The notes under the pieces are model-generated. The model searched no databases and was not told where the DNA came from. It worked only from the letters and a program-made list of their open reading frames with translations. A DNA stretch of 64,000 bases from the human T2T-CHM13v2.0 reference genome, Homo sapiens. The translations under genes and the position numbers were made by a program. Shown here one piece after another: positions 13,449 to 24,730 of this stretch (positions are counted from its first letter, which is position 1; the number at the start of each line of letters is the position of its first letter). Where the stretch lies: the NCBI GenBank assembly GCA_009914755.4, contig CP086569.2:20992001-21056000 (forward strand). The letters are read 5' to 3'.

Positions 13449-13599
13449 TGGTGTTGAGTGTTACAGCAGTTAAAGGTGTTTGTCCTGAGTTTGTTCCATC
13501 AGATGTGTCCAAAGTTTCTTCCTTCTGGCAGGTTGATGGTCTTGCTTACTTCAAGAATGAAGCTGCAGACCTTTACGGTGAGTGTCACAGCACTTAAAG

Positions 13600-14520
13600 G
13601 TGTTATGTCCAGGGTTTGTTCCTTCAGATGTGGCCAGAGTTTCTTCCTTCTGGAAGGTTCATGGTCTTCCTCACTTCAAGAATGAAGCTGCAGACCTTTA
13701 CGTTGAGTGTTACAGCATTTAAACGTGTTATGTCCAGAGTTTGTTCCTTTAGATGTGTCCAGAGTTTCTTCCTTCAGGCAGGTTCATGGTCTTGCTCATT
13801 TCAAGAATGAAGCTGCAGACCTAGGTGGTGAGTGTTACAGCACTTAAAGGTGTTATGTCCAGAGTTTGTACCGTCAGATATGTCTAGAGTTTCTTCCTTC
13901 TGGCAGGTTTATGGTCTTGCTCACTTCCAGAATGAAGCTGCAGACCTTAGTGGTGAGTGTTATAGTACTTAAAGTTGTTAAGTCCAGAGTTTTATCGTTC
14001 AGATATGTCCAGAGTTTCTTCCATCTGGCAGGTTCATGGTCTTGCTCACTTCAAGAATGATGTTGCAGAGCTTTACGGTGCGTGTTACAGCACTTAAAGG
14101 TGTTATATCCAGAGTTTGTTCCTTCAGATGTGTCCAGAGTTTCTTTCTTCTTGCAGGTTCATGGTCTTGCACACTTCAAGAATGAATGAAGCTGCAGACC
14201 TTTACGTTGAGTGTTACAGCTTATAAAGGTGTTATGTCCAGGGTTTGGTCCTTCAGATGTGTCCAAAGTTTCTTCCTTCGGGCAGGTTCATGGTCTTGCT
14301 CACTTCAAGAATGAAGCTGCAGACCTTAGTGGTGAGGGTTACAGCACTTAAAGGTGTTATGTAAGGAGTTTTTTCCTTCAGATGTGTCCAGAGTTTCTTC
14401 CTTCTGGCAGGTTCATGGACTTGCTCACTTCAAGAATGAATCTGCAGACCTAGGTGTTGAGTGTTACAGCACTTAAAGGTGTTATGTCGAGAGTTTGTAC
14501 CGTCAGATATGTCTACAGTT
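13600..14520. repeat. Block near-identical to 18750-19670 (offset 5149)
   Basis: Direct comparison of 14041-14520 with 19190-19670 shows only a handful of mismatches over about 480 bp. ORFs at 13616 and 13866 match 18770 and 19015. Confidence 0.85.
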
Positions 14521-15190
14521 TCTTCATTCTGGCAGGTTCATGGTCTTGCTCTCTTCAAGAATGAAGCTGCAGACCTTAGTGGTGAGTGTTACAGTACTTA
14601 AAGTTGTTATATCCAGAGTTTGTTCGTTCAGATGTGTCCAGAGTTTCTTCCAACTGGCAGGTTCATGGTCTTGCTCACTTCAAGAATGATGTTGCAGAGC
14701 TTTACGGTGAGTGTTACAGCACTTAAAGGTGTTATATCCACAGTTTGTTCCTTCAGATGTGTCCAGAGTTTCTTCCTTCTGGCAGGTTCATGGTCTTGCT
14801 CAATTCAAGAATGAAGCTGCAGACCTTAGTGGTGAGTGTTACAGCACTTAAAGGTGTTATGTCCAGAGTTTGTTCATTCAGATGTGTCCAGAGTTTCTTC
14901 CTTCTGGCAGGTTCATGGTCTTGCTCACTTCAAGAATGAAGCTGCAGACCTTAGTGGTGAGTGTTACAGCACTTAAAGGTGTCATGTCCAGAGTTTGTTC
15001 CTTCAGATGTGTCCAGAGTTTCTTCCTTCTGGCAGGTTCATGGTCTTGCTCAATTCAAGAATGAAGCTGCAGACCTTAGTGGTGAGTGTTACAGCACTTA
15101 AAGGTGTTATGTCCAGAGTTTGTTCCTTCAGATGTGTCCAGAGTTTCTTCCATCTGGCAGGTTCATGGTCTTGCTCACTTCAAGAGTGAA
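14495..15190. repeat. Locally homogenised run of monomers with a 250 bp dimer period
   Basis: ORFs at 14745-14939 and 14995-15189 are nearly identical (one amino-acid difference) at offset 250. The monomer at 14870 is near-identical as well. Confidence 0.8.
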
Positions 15191-15350
15191 GCTGCAAAAT
15201 TTAGTGGTGATTGTTACAGCACTTACAGGTGTTATGTCCAGAGTTTGTTCCTTCAGATGTGTCCAGATATTCTTCCTTCTGGCATGTTCATGGTCTTTCT
15301 CACTTCAAGAAAGAATGAAGCTGCAGACCTTTACGATAAGTGTTACAGCA
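14870..15350. repeat. Block duplicated at 18260-18740 (offset about 3391)
   Basis: ORF 14995 matches 18386, ORF 15086 matches 18477, and ORF 15120 (from its fifth residue) matches 18523. Confidence 0.75.
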
Positions 15351-15713
15351 TATAAAGCTGTTATGTCCAGAGTTTGGTCCTTCAGATGTGTCCAGAATTT
15401 CTTCTTCCGGGAAGGTTCATGGTCTTGCTCACTTCAGGAATGAAGCTGCAGACCTTGGTTTTGAGTGTTACAGCAGTTAAGGGTGTTTGTCCTGAGTTTG
15501 TTCCATCAGATGTGTCCAAAGTTTCTTCCTTCTGGCAGGTTGATGGTCTTGCTTACTTCAAGAATGAAGCTGCAGACCTATACGGTGAGTGTCACAGCAC
15601 TTGAAGGTGTTATGTCCAGAGTTTGTTCATTCAGATGTGTCCGGAATTTCTTCTTTCAGGCAGGTTCATGGTCATGCTCACTTCAACAATGAAGCTGCAG
15701 ACCTTGGTGGTGA

Positions 15714-16442
15714 GTGTTACAGCAGTTTAAGGTGTTATGTTCGGAGTTTGTTCCATCAGATGTGTATAGAGTTTTTTCCTTCTGGCAGGTTCATGGTCTT
15801 GCTCACTTCAAGAATGAAGCTGCAGACCTTTACGGTGAGTGTCACAGCACTTTAAGGTGTTATGTCCAGAGTTTGTTCATTCAGATGTGTCTAGAATTTC
15901 TTCCTTCTGGCAGGTTCATGGTCTTGCTCACTTCAAGAATGAAGCTGCAGACCTTTAGGGTGAGTGTTACACCACTTAAAAGTGTTATGTCCAGAGTTTG
16001 TTCCTTCAGATGTGGCCAGAGTTTCTTCCTTCTGGTAGGTTCATGGTCTTGCTCACTTCAAAAATGAAGCTGCAGACCTTTACGGTGAGTGTTACAGCAT
16101 TTCTACGTGTTATGTACAGAGTTTGTTCCCTTAGATGTGTCCAGAGTTTCTTCCTTCGGGCAGGTTCATGGTCTTCCTCACTTCAAGAATGAAGCTGCAG
16201 ACCTAGGTGGTGAGTGTTACAGCACTTAAAGGTGTTATGTCCAGAGTTTGTACCGTCAGATATGTCTAGAGTTTCTTCCTTCTGGCAGGTTTATGGTCTT
16301 GCTAACTTCAGGAATTAAGCTGCAGACCTTAGTGGTGAGTGTTACAGTACTTAAAGTTGTTAAGTCAAGAGTTTGTTCGTTCAGATGTGTCCATAGTTTC
16401 TTCCAGCTGGCAGGTTCATGGTCTTGCTCACTTCAAGAATGA
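15714..16442. repeat. Member of the 13-monomer HOR family, also seen at 11580-12050 and 17348-17900
   Basis: ORF 15714 is similar to 17348 (offset 1634) and to 11580. The marker monomers FRVSVTPLKSVMSR, MFLQMWPEF and MYRQICLEF recur in the same order. Confidence 0.7.
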
Positions 16443-18749
16443 TGTTGCAGAGCTTTACGGTGAGTGTTACAGCACTTAAAGGTGTTATATACAGAGTTTG
16501 TTCCTTCAGATGTGTCCAGAGTTTCTTTCTTCTGGCAGGTTCAGGGTCTTGCTCACTTCAAGAATGAATGAAGCTGCAGACCTTTACGTTGAGTGTTACA
16601 GCTTATAAAGGTGTTATGTCCAGAGTTTGGTCCTTCAGATGTGTCCAGAGTTTCTTCCTTCGGGCAGGTTCATGGTCTTGCTCACTTCAAGAATGAAGTT
16701 GCAGACCTTAGTGGTGAGGGTTACAGCACTTAAAGGTGTTATGTCCTGAGTTTTTTTCCTTCAGATGTGTCCAGAATTTCTTCCTTCTGGCAGGTTCACG
16801 GTCTTGCTCAATTCAAGAATGAAGCTGCAGACCTTAGTGGTGAGTGTTACAGCACCTAAAGGTGTTATGTCCAGAGTTTGTTCCTTCAGGTGTGTCCAGA
16901 GTTTCTTCCTTCTGGCAGGTTCATGGTCTTGCTCACTTCAAGAATGAAGCTGCAGACCTTAGTGCTGAGTGTTACAGTACCTAAAGGTGTTATGTCCAGA
17001 GTTTGTTCCTTCAGATGTGTCCAGAGTTTCTTCCATCTGGCAGGGTCATGGTCTTGCTCACTTCAAGAGTGAAGCTGCAAAATTTAGTGGTGATTGTTAC
17101 AGCCCTTAAATGTGTTATGTCCAGAGTTTGTTCCTTCAGATGTGTCCAGATATTTTTCCTTCTGGCATGTTCATGTTCTTGCTCACTTTAAGAAAGAATG
17201 AATCTGCAGACCATTACGGTGAGTGTTACAGCATATAAATGTGTTATGTCCAGAGTTTCGTCCTTCAGATGTGTCCGGAATTTCTTCTTTCGGGCAGGTT
17301 CATGGTCATGCTCACTTCAACAATGAAGCTGAAGACCTTGGTGGTGAGTGTTACAGCAGTTACAGTTGTTATGTTCGGAGTTTGTTCCATTAGATGTGTA
17401 TAGAGTTTTTTCCTTCTGGCAGGTTCATGGTCTTGCTCACTTCAAGAATGAAGCTGCAGACCTTAGTGGTGAGTGTCACAGCACTTTAAGGTGTTATGTC
17501 CAGAGTTTGTTCATTCAGATGTGTCCAGAATTTCTTCCTTCTGGCAGGTTCATTGTCTTGCTCACTTCAAGAAAGAAGCTGCAGACATTTAGGGTGAGTG
17601 TTACACCACGTAAAAGTGTTATGTCCAGAGTTTGTTCCTTCAGATGTGGCCAGAGTTTCTTCCTTCTGGCAGGTTCATGGTCTTGCTCACTTCAAGAATG
17701 AAGCTGCAGACCTTTACGGTGAGTGTTACAGCATTTAAACGTGTCATGTCCAGAGTTTGTTCCCTTAGATGTGTCCAGAGTTTCTTCCTTCGGGCAGGTA
17801 CATGGTCTTCCTCACTTCAAGAATGAAGCTGCAGACCTAGGTGGTGAGTGTTACAGCACTTAAAGGTGTTATGTCCATAGTTTGTACCGTCAGATATGAC
17901 TAGAGTTTCTTCCTTCTAGCATGTAAATGATCTTGCTCACTTCAAGAATGAAGCTACAGACACTAGTGGTGAGTGTTACTGTACTTAAAGTTGTTATGTC
18001 CAGAGTTTGTTCGTTCAGATGTGTCCAGAGTTTCTTTCTTCTGGCAGGTTCATGGTCTTGCTCACTTCAAGAATGAATGAAGCTGCAGAACTTTACGTTG
18101 AGTGTTACAGCATATAAAGGTGTTATGTCCAGAGTTTGGTCCTTCAGATGTGTCCAGAGTTTCTTCCTTCTGGCAGGTTCATGGTCTTGCTCACTTGAAG
18201 AATGAGGCTGCAGACCTTAGTGGTGAGGGTTACAGAACTTAAAGGTGTTATGTCCAGAGTTTGGTCCTTCAGATGTGTCCAGAGTTTCTTCCTTCTGGCA
18301 GGTTCATGGTCTTGCTCACTTCAAGAATGAAGCTGCAGACCTTAGTGGTGAGTGTTACAGCACTTAAAGGTGTCATGTCCAGAGATTGTTCCTTCAGATG
18401 TGTCCAGAGTTTCTTCCTTCTGGCAGGTTCATGGTCTTGCTCACTTCAAGAATGAAGCTGCAGACCTTAGTGGTGAGTGTTACAGTACTTAAAGGTGTTA
18501 TGTCCAGGGTTTTTTCCTTCAGATGTGTCCAGAGTTTCTTCCATCTGGCAGGTTCATGGTCTTGCTCACTTCAAGAGTGAAGCTGCAAAATTTAGTGGTG
18601 ATTGTTACAGCACTTACAGGTGTTATGTCCAGAGTTTGTTCCTTCAGATGTGTCCAGATATTCTTCCTTCTGGCATGTTCGTGGTCTTGCTCACTTCAAG
18701 AAAGAATGAAGCTGCAGACCTTTACGGTGAGTGTCACAGCACTAAAAGG

Positions 18750-19670
18750 TGTTATGTCCAGGGTTTGTTCCTTCAGATGTGGCCAGAGTTTCTTCCTTCT
18801 GGAAGGTTCATGGTCTTCCTCACTTCAAGAATGAAGCTGCAGACCTTTACGTTGAGTGTTACAGCATTTAAACCTGTTATGTCCAGAGTTTGTTCCTTTA
18901 GATGTGTCCAGAGTTTCTTCCTTCAGGCAGGTTCATGGTCTTGCTCATTTCAAGAATGAAGCTGCAGACATAGGTGGTGAGTGTTACAGCACTTAAAGGT
19001 GTTATGTCCAGAGTTTGTACCGTCAGATATGTCTAGAGTTTCTTCTTTCTGGCAGGTTTATGGTCTTGCTCACTTCCAGAATGAAGCTGCAGACCTTAGT
19101 GGTGAGTGTTACAGTACTTAAAGTTGTTAAGTCCAGAGTTTGTTCGTTCAGATATGTCCAGAGTTTCTTCCATCTGGCAGGTTCATGGTCTTGCTCACTT
19201 CAAGAATGATGTTGCAGAGCTTTACGGTGCGTGTTACAGCACTTAAAGGTGTTATATCCAGAGTTTGTTCCTTCAGGTGTGTCCAGAGTTTCTTTCTTCT
19301 TGCAGGTTCATGGTCTTGCTCACTTCAAGAATGAATGAAGCTGCAGACCTTTACGTTGAGTGTTACAGCTTATAAAGCTGTTATGTCCAGAGTTTGGTCC
19401 TTCAGATGTGTCCAAAGTTTCTTCCTTCGGGCAGGTTCATGGTCTTGCTCACTTCAAGAATGAAGCTGCAGACCTTAGTGGTGAGGGTTACAGCACTTAA
19501 AGGTGTTATGTAAGGAGTTTTTTCCTTCAGATGTGTCCAGAGTTTCTTCCTTCTGGCAGGTTCATGGACTTGCTCACTTCAAGAATGAATCTGCAGACCT
19601 AGGTGTTGAGTGTTACAGCACTTAAAGGTGTTATGTCGAGAGTTTGTACCGTCAGATATGTCTAGAGTTT
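18750..19670. repeat. Distal near-identical copy of 13600-14520
   Basis: See the paired feature at 13600-14520; offset 5149. Confidence 0.85.
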
Positions 19671-22600
19671 CTTCATTCTGGCATGTTCATGGTTTTGCTC
19701 ACTTCAAGAATGAAGCTGTAGACCTTAGTGGTGAGTGTTACAGTACTTAAAGTTGTTATGTCCAGAGTTTGTTCGTTCAGATGTGTCCAGAGTTTCTTCC
19801 AACTGGCAGGTTCATGGTCTTGCTCACTTCAAGAGTGAAGCTGCATAATTTAGTGGTGATTGTTACAGCACTTAAAGGTGTTAGATCCAGAGTTTGTTCC
19901 TTCAGACGTGTCCAGAGTTCCTTTCTTCTGGCAGGTTCATGGTCTTGCTCACTTCAAGAATGAATGAAACTGCAGAACTTTACGTTGAGTGTTACAGCAT
20001 ATAAAGGTGTTATGTCCAGGGTTTGGTCCTTCAGATGTGTCCAGAATTTCTTCCTTCGGGCAGGTTCATGGTCTTGCTCACTTCAAGAATGAAGCTGCAG
20101 ACCTGAGTGTTGAGTGTTGCAGCACTTAAATTTTTATATCCAGGGTTTGTTCCTTCAGATATCTCCAGAGTTTGTTCCTTCTGGCAGGTTCATGGTCTTG
20201 CTGACCTCAAGAATGAAGCTACAGACCTTTACGGTGAGTGTTACAGCACTTAAAGGTGTTATGTCCAGAGTTTGTTCGTTGAGATTTCTCCAGAGTTTCC
20301 TCCTTCTGGCAGGTTCATGGTCCTGCTCACTTCAACAATGAGCTGCAGACCTTTACGGTGAGTGTTACAGCACTTAAAGTGTTATGTCCAGAGTTTGTTC
20401 CTTCAGATGTGTCCAGAGGTTCTTTCTTCTGGCAGGTTCATGGTCTTGCTCACTTCAATAATGAAGCTCCAGTCCTTTACGGTGAGAGTTACAGCACTTA
20501 GAGGTGTTATGTCCAGAGTTTGTTACTTCAGATGTGTCCAGAGTTTCTTCCATCTGGCAGGTTCATGGTCTTGCTCACTTCAAGAGTGAAGCTGCAGAAT
20601 TTAGTGGTGAGTGTTACAGCACTTAAAGGTGTTATGTCCAGAGTTTGTTCCTTCAGATGTGTCCAGATATTCTTCTTCTGGCATGTTCATGGTCTTGCTC
20701 ACTTCAAGAAAGAATGAAGCTGCAGACATTTACGGTGAGTGTTACAGCACTTAAATTTGTTATATCCAGAGTTTGTTCGTTCAGAAGTGTCCACAGTTTC
20801 TTTCTTGTGGCAGTTTCATGGTCTTGCTCACTTCAAGAAAGAATGAAGCTGCAGACCTTTACGGTGAGTTTTACAGCGTATAAAGGAGTTTTGTCCAGAG
20901 ATTGGTCATTCAGATGTGTCCAGAGTTTCTTCCTTCGGGCAGGTTCATTGTCTTGCTCACTTCAAGAATGAAGCTGTAAACCTTGGTGGTGAGTGTTACA
21001 GCAATTAAAGGTGTTATGTCCAGAGTTTGTTCCATTAGATGTGTATAGAGTTTCTTCCTTCTGGCAGGTTCATGGTCTTGCTCACTTTAGGAATGAAGCT
21101 GCAGACCTTTACGGTGAGTGTTACAGCACTTAAAGGTGTTATATCCAGAGTTTGTTCCTTCAGATGTGTCCAGAGATTCTTTCTTCTGGCAGGTTCATGG
21201 ACTTGCTCACTTCCAGAATGAAGTTCCAGACCTTTATGGTGAGTTTTACATCACTTAAAAGTGTTATGTCCAGAGTTTGTTCCTTCAGTTGTGTCCACAG
21301 TTTCTTCCTTCTGGCAGGTTCATGGTCTTGCTCACTTCAAGAACGAAACTGCAGACCATTACGGTGAGTGTTACAGCACTTAAAGGTGTTATGTCCAGAG
21401 TTTGTTCCTTCAGATGTGTCCAGTTTCTTCCTTCTGGCAGGTTCATGGTCTTGCTAGCTTCAAGAATGAAGCTGCAGACATTTTCGGTGAGTGTTACAGC
21501 ATTTAATGTTGTTATTTCGAGAGTTTTTTCCTTCAGATGTGTCCAGAGTTTCTTCCTTCTGGCAGGCTCATGGTCTTGCTCACTTCAAGAATGAAGCTGC
21601 AGACCTTAGTGGTGAGCGTTACAGCACTTACGTTGTTATGTCCAGAGTTTGTAACTTTAGATGTGTCCAGAGTTTCTTCCTTCTGGCAGGTTCATGGTCT
21701 TGCTGACCTCATGAATGAAGCTGCAGACCTTTACGGTGAGTGTTAGAGCACTGAAAGATGTCATGTCCAGAGTTTGTTCCTTCAGATGTGTCCAGAGTTT
21801 CTTCCATCTGGCAGGTTCATGGTCTTGCTCATTTCAAGAATGAAGCTGCAGACCTTAGTGGTGAGTGTTACAGCACTTAAAGGTGTTATGTCCAGAGTTT
21901 GTTCCTTCAGATGTGTCCAGAGTTTCCTCCTTCTGGCAGGTTCATGGTCTTGCTCACTTCAAGAATGAAGCTGCAGACCTTAGTGGTGAGTGTTACAGCA
22001 CTTAAAGTTGTTATATCCAGCGTTTGTTCGTACAGATGTGTCCAGAGTTTCTTCAATCTGGCAATTTCATGGTCTTGCTCACTTCAAGAATAATGCTGCA
22101 GACCTTTACGGTGAGTGTTACAGCACTTAAAGCTGTTGTATCCAGAGTTTGTTCCTGCAGATGTGTCCAGAGTCTCTTTCTTCTGGCAGGTTCATGGTCT
22201 TGCTCACTTCCAGAAAGAATGAAGCTGCAGACATTTACGGTGAGTGTTACAGCATGTAAAGGTGTTATGTCCAGAGTTTGGTCCTTCAGATGTGTCCAGA
22301 GTTTCTTCCATCTGACAGGTTCATGGTCTTGCTCACTTCAAGAGTGAGGCTTCAGAATTTAGTGGTGAGTGTTACAGCACTTTACGGTGTTATGTCCAAA
22401 GTTTTTTCTTTCAGATGTGTCCAGATATTCTTCCTTCTGGCAGGTTCATGGTGTTGCTCACTTCAACAATGAATGAAGCTGCAGACCTTTGCGGTGAGTG
22501 TTACAGCATATAAATGTGTTATGTCCAGAGTTTGGTCCTTCAGATATGTCCAGAGTTTCTTCCTTCGGGCAGGTTCATGGTCTTGCTCACTTCAAGAATG

Positions 22601-24354
22601 AAGCTGCCGACCATGGTCGTGAGTGTTACAGCAGTTAAATGTGTTATATCCAGGGTTTGTTCCATCAGATGTGTATAGAGTTTCTTCCTTCTGGCCGGTT
22701 CATGGTCTTGCTCACTTCAAGAATGAAGCTGCCGACCTTTACGGTGAGTGTCACAGTACTTAAAGGTGTTATGTCCAGAGTTTGTTCCTTCAGATTTGTC
22801 CAGAATTTCTTCCTTCTGGCAGGTTCATGGTCTTGCTCACTTCAAGAATGAAGCTGCAGACCTTTAGGGTGAGCGTTACAGCACTTAAAAGTGTTATGTC
22901 CAGAGTTTGTTCCTTCAAATGTGGCCCGAATTTCTTCCTTCTGGTAGGTTCATCGTCTTCCTCACTTCAAGAATGAAGCTGTAGACCTTTACGGTGAGTG
23001 TTACAGCATTTAAAGGTGTTAAGTCCAGAGTTTGTTCCTTCAGATGTGTCCAGAGTTTCTTCCTTCTGGCAGGTTCATGGTCTTGCTCACTTCAAGAATT
23101 AAGCTGCAGACCTAGGTGGTGAGTGTTACAGCAATTATAGGTATTATGTCCAGAGTTTGTTCCGTCAGATGTGTCTAGAGTTTCTTTCTTCTGGCAGGTT
23201 CATGGTGTTGCTCTCTTCAAGAATGAAGCTGCAGACCTTAGTGGTGAGTGTTACAGCACTTAAAGTTGTTATGTCCAGAGGTTGTTCGTTCAGATGTGTC
23301 CAGAGTTTCTTCAATCTGGCAGGTTCACGGTCTTGCTCACTTCAAGAATGATGCTGCAGACCTTTGCGGTGAGTGCTACAGCACTTAAAGGTGTTATATC
23401 CAGAGTTTGTTCCTTCAGATGTGTCCAGAGTTTCTTTCTTCTGGCAGGTTCATGGTCTTGCTCACTTCCAGAAAGAATGAAGCTGCAGACATTTACGGTG
23501 AGTGTTACAGCATATAAAGGTGTTATGTCCATTGTTTGGTCCTACAGATGTGTCCAGAGTTTCTTCCTTCGGGTAGGTTCAAGGTCTTGCTCAATTCAAA
23601 AATGAAGCTGCAGACCTTGGTGTTGAGAGTTACAGCACTTAAAGGTGTTATGTCCAGAGTTTGTTCCTTCAGATGTGCCCAGAGTTTCTTTCTTCTGGCA
23701 GGTTCTTGGTCTTGCTCACATCAATAATGAAGCTCCAGTCCTTTACGGTGAGTGTTACAGCACTTAAAGGTGTTATGTCCAGAGTTTGTTCCTTCAGATG
23801 TGTCCAGAGTTTCTTCCTTCTGGCAGGTTCATGGTCTTGCTCCCTTCAAGAATGAAGCTGCAGACCTTAGTGGTGAGTGTTACAGCACTTAAAGGTGTTA
23901 TGTCCAGAGTTTCTTCCTTCAGATGTGTCCAGATTTTCTTCTATCTGGCAGGTTCATGGTCTTGCTCACTTCAAGAGTGAAGCTGCAGAATTCAGCGGTG
24001 AGTGTTACAGCACTTAAAGGTGTTATGTCCAGAGTTTGTTCCTTCAGATTTGTCCAGATATTCCTAATTCTAGCATGCTCATGGTCTTGCTCACTTCAAG
24101 AAAGAATGAAGCTGCAGACCTTTAAGGTGAGTGTTACAGCACTTAAAGGTATGATATCCAGAGTTTGTTCCTTCAGATGTGTCCGGAGTTTCTTTCTTCT
24201 GGCAGTTTCATGGTCTTGCTCACTTCAAGAAAGAATGAAGCTGCAGACATTTACGGTGAGTTTTACAGCATATAAAGGTGTTATGTCCAGAGTTTGGTCA
24301 TTCAGATGTGTCCAGAGTTTCTTCCTTCGGGCAGGTTCATTGTCTTGCTCACTT

Positions 24355-24730
24355 CAAGAATGAAGCTGTAATCCTTGGTGGTGAGTGTTACAGCACTCAA
24401 AGGTGTTATGTCCAGAGTATGTTCCATCACATGTGTAGAGTGTTTCTTCCTTCTGGCCGGTTCATGGTCTTGGTCACTTCAAGAATGAAGCTGTAAACCT
24501 TGGTGGTGAGTGTTACAGCACTCAAAGGTGTTATGTCCAGAGTTTGTTCCATCACATGTGTAGAGTGTTTCTTCCTTCTGGCAGGTTCATGGTCTTGCTC
24601 ACTTCAAGAATGAAGCTGTAAACCTTGGTGGTGAGTGTTACAGGACTCAAAGGTGTTATGTCCAGAGTTTGTTCCATCACATGTGTAGAGTGTTTCTTCC
24701 TTCTGGCAGGTTCATGGTCTTGCTCACTTC
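24355..24730. repeat. Three consecutive near-identical monomers of a private variant (ccatcacatgtgtagagtgtttcttcc): a local triplication
   Basis: A 125 bp string repeats three times head-to-tail starting at about 24360, 24485 and 24610, each with at most 3 mismatches. Confidence 0.85.
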
